The translations under genes and the position numbers were made by a program. 40,000 bases of DNA from Prevotella phage Lak-B6, in sequence record MK250025.1. The stretch is one strand, 5' to 3'. How positions within the stretch are numbered: position 1 is the stretch's first letter; every line of letters begins with the position of its first letter. Positions 37,908-40,000 of the stretch are shown here, in pieces. The notes below the pieces were generated by a model. That model made no database searches. It worked only from the letters and a program-made list of their open reading frames with translations, and had not been told where the DNA came from.

Positions 37908-38558
37908 TTAATAAATTCTACATTCAACTGATTGATCAACTTCTCTCTCCATACAATAACTTGCAAAGAAATCAGCTTGCATAATCAACACTGACAAAGG
38001 AACTTTCTGATATGACTGTTGCATAGAAGGTTTTTGATAATTACTCATCCATGCTCCAATATCACTCATACCCATATGCCACATTATAGCACACAATTCT
38101 TCACCACTCAACTTAATAAATGATTGCGCAATGAAAATAGACTTCGGTGCATGTCCAAGTGGAAGTTTCTCGTCTATCTTATATGAATAATACTTAATCC
38201 ATTGGTTAGACTCATCTTTCTTAAACTTTTCATACATTACATAATTATTTGCTTTACACAAATCATGTAACAATGCGCAAATAATTAATGAATCTTCAGA
38301 AATACTATCAATGTTTTTCTCTGGAAGTGCCAACTTTTTATATGTCTCTAAAAATCCTTTGGCCGCATAATATACATTCAATGAATGCTGACATAATCCT
38401 CCCGGATAATTACAATGATAAATCGTAGAAGACGGTGCTTCAAAGAAATCTGATTTCTCTGAAAGCCAACTAATCAAATTCTCAATACCTTCACGCTTTG
38501 TACTTCTAAGTAACTCAATAAATTCTTGTTTATTCTTCTCTTTTACTATTTGATCCAT
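37908..38558 (-). CDS. HD-domain phosphohydrolase-like protein
   Basis: 216 aa ORF: GGLCQHSLNVYYAAKGF ... ICALLHDLCKANNY ... LGHAPKSIFIAQ ... IMWHMG. Confidence 0.8.
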   Translation of the reverse strand: MDQIVKEKNKQEFIELLRSTKREGIENLISWLSEKSDFFEAPSSTIYHCNYPGGLCQHSLNVYYAAKGFLETYKKLALPEKNIDSISEDSLIICALLHDLCKANNYVMYEKFKKDESNQWIKYYSYKIDEKLPLGHAPKSIFIAQSFIKLSGEELCAIMWHMGMSDIGAWMSNYQKPSMQQSYQKVPLSVLIMQADFFASYCMEREVDQSVECRIY

Positions 38559-38734
38559 AAAATTTATTATGTTTAAAAATTAATAATTATATTCATTATA
38601 TAATTATACTTTATAAAAGTTTATATAAACAATTCATATTATTTTTTATATAAATAAAATTAATATTAATAATAAATATAAAGATGTAAATATATGAAAA
38701 CTAAATAAAAACATAAGATAAAATAAATTTAATT

Positions 38735-40000
38735 ATGAAAACTAAATTATTGATTTTTTTAATGTGTGCATTCAGTTTTATAGGATTTACTGGATGTTCT
38801 ACAGAAGTAGAGAACAACAACACTATCATTATTCCAGGTTATAATGGAACTGAGGTGGTGAAGACAGGTTCTAACTTACTTGTCAATGTTGGAGAAAATA
38901 AGTATGGTGAGAAAACACAAGCATTATCAAGAGTAAAAGCAATAACACGTGCATCCGTTGATAAATCAACTATTTCGATTACAACAGATGATCAAATCAA
39001 TACACCTACAATTGGTTTGTATTCAAACTATGCATGGAATACTTACACTAATGGTCAGCAAATCTATGTTGGTGCAAGCAATGGTTATCTTTTTGCAACA
39101 ACATCATTGACAACACCTTACAAAACCGAATGGAATGTTAATAATACCATAAGTAATGGTGTACTTACATTGACATCACAGATGTTGGATGACAAATATG
39201 CTAAGCCTGTTCCTGTGACATTCTGGGGTAATCATTCATTAGTAACATCAAGTGTAGAAAAAACAATCTTTGATCCTAATGATAATGATTGGAAGAATAT
39301 GGCAGTGACAAGTACAACAAAGTCTGTTGCTATCTCAAAGTCTATTGAATACGCAAATTCAGCTGTTAGAATGAATTTGACATTAGGAACAGAAGGTGTT
39401 CTTTGTTGGTATGACAAGTATGATACATCAAAAGATGAAGCTGATGTTACAACAGTAAAGATAACAGAAGATAATATCAATACTATGCCAACTTCTGAGA
39501 CAAAGACTTATGAAGTAAATGGTAAACAATATAAAATTATCAATATTGATAATATTGGTAGCAAGACCGTAGGAAATTACTTGCATTACAAAGCAGGTTA
39601 TGCTATAAAGATTGCACAAACGGACAAAGGTACAGGAAACTGGCACTTCATTGGTCCTAATGAATCAGATGACATCAACTATGAAGTTCTTGAAGCACGC
39701 ATTGTTTCATCTAAATCTTGTACTTATAAGAATGAATATCAATATGAACCAAGTTCAGATGAAGTTACTTATAAGTATGAGTTGAATGAATCACTTCAAT
39801 CAGGTGAGAATGCAGTATTCTCTATTATGCCAACATCAGAAAAATCATCTGTTGTCGTTTTGAAATGTAAAATCACAAAATTCCCAACGCAAGATCATGA
39901 TAGATTCCTTTGGTATATCAAAGAATCAATAAAAGATAATTCACCTTACATAAAAGTTGGTGATAACTCTACATTCTATATCATTGGAAAGATTTCAACA
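38735..40000 (+). CDS. Large secreted lipoprotein, partial (runs off the window)
   Basis: Open from ATG to window end: MKTKLLIFLMCAFSFIGFTGCSTEVENNNTTIIIPGYNG... with lipobox FTGC. Confidence 0.8.
   Translation, partial: MKTKLLIFLMCAFSFIGFTGCSTEVENNNTIIIPGYNGTEVVKTGSNLLVNVGENKYGEKTQALSRVKAITRASVDKSTISITTDDQINTPTIGLYSNYAWNTYTNGQQIYVGASNGYLFATTSLTTPYKTEWNVNNTISNGVLTLTSQMLDDKYAKPVPVTFWGNHSLVTSSVEKTIFDPNDNDWKNMAVTSTTKSVAISKSIEYANSAVRMNLTLGTEGVLCWYDKYDTSKDEADVTTVKITEDNINTMPTSETKTYEVNGKQYKIINIDNIGSKTVGNYLHYKAGYAIKIAQTDKGTGNWHFIGPNESDDINYEVLEARIVSSKSCTYKNEYQYEPSSDEVTYKYELNESLQSGENAVFSIMPTSEKSSVVVLKCKITKFPTQDHDRFLWYIKESIKDNSPYIKVGDNSTFYIIGKIST

Noticed and set aside
1-40000. CRISPR array or transposase/IS element
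   Set aside because: No regularly spaced direct repeats and no DDE or tyrosine/serine recombinase motifs seen in the translations.

Overview
This is an AT-rich window (roughly 25% GC by eye) from what looks like a very large tailed phage infecting Bacteroidales. Evidence for that is a T4 gp21-type prohead protease, a family-B DNA polymerase fragment, a T4-type polynucleotide kinase/phosphatase, two ClpP homologues and Bacteroidetes-type -7 promoter elements. Almost all genes are on the minus strand. The ORF track is misleading because TAG appears to be read through as an amino acid (probably Gln, translation table 15), while TAA and TGA still act as stops. Reading through TAG turns the 'empty' 21.7-26 kb stretch into intact genes: a prohead protease/scaffold-like protein with 6 TAGs, an HExxH protein with 5, a 463-aa protein with 7, and a BspA/DUF285-like repeat protein with 9. 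It also exposes a plus-strand GIY-YIG-like (T5orf172/MUG113) gene with 6 TAGs that is absent from the ORF track, and repairs the 5' ends of the DNA polymerase and second ClpP genes. Other points of interest: two long, ORF-free, GC-elevated regions, each ending in a strong minus-strand intrinsic terminator (candidate large structured ncRNAs); a phage-encoded translation initiation factor IF-1; a DNA polymerase that stops between motifs A and B and is followed in frame by a zinc-finger scar; a short LFES/MES-like N-terminal leader shared by unrelated proteins; a PDEase-like HD protein; and a recurrent TACAAAGATACAT promoter box.
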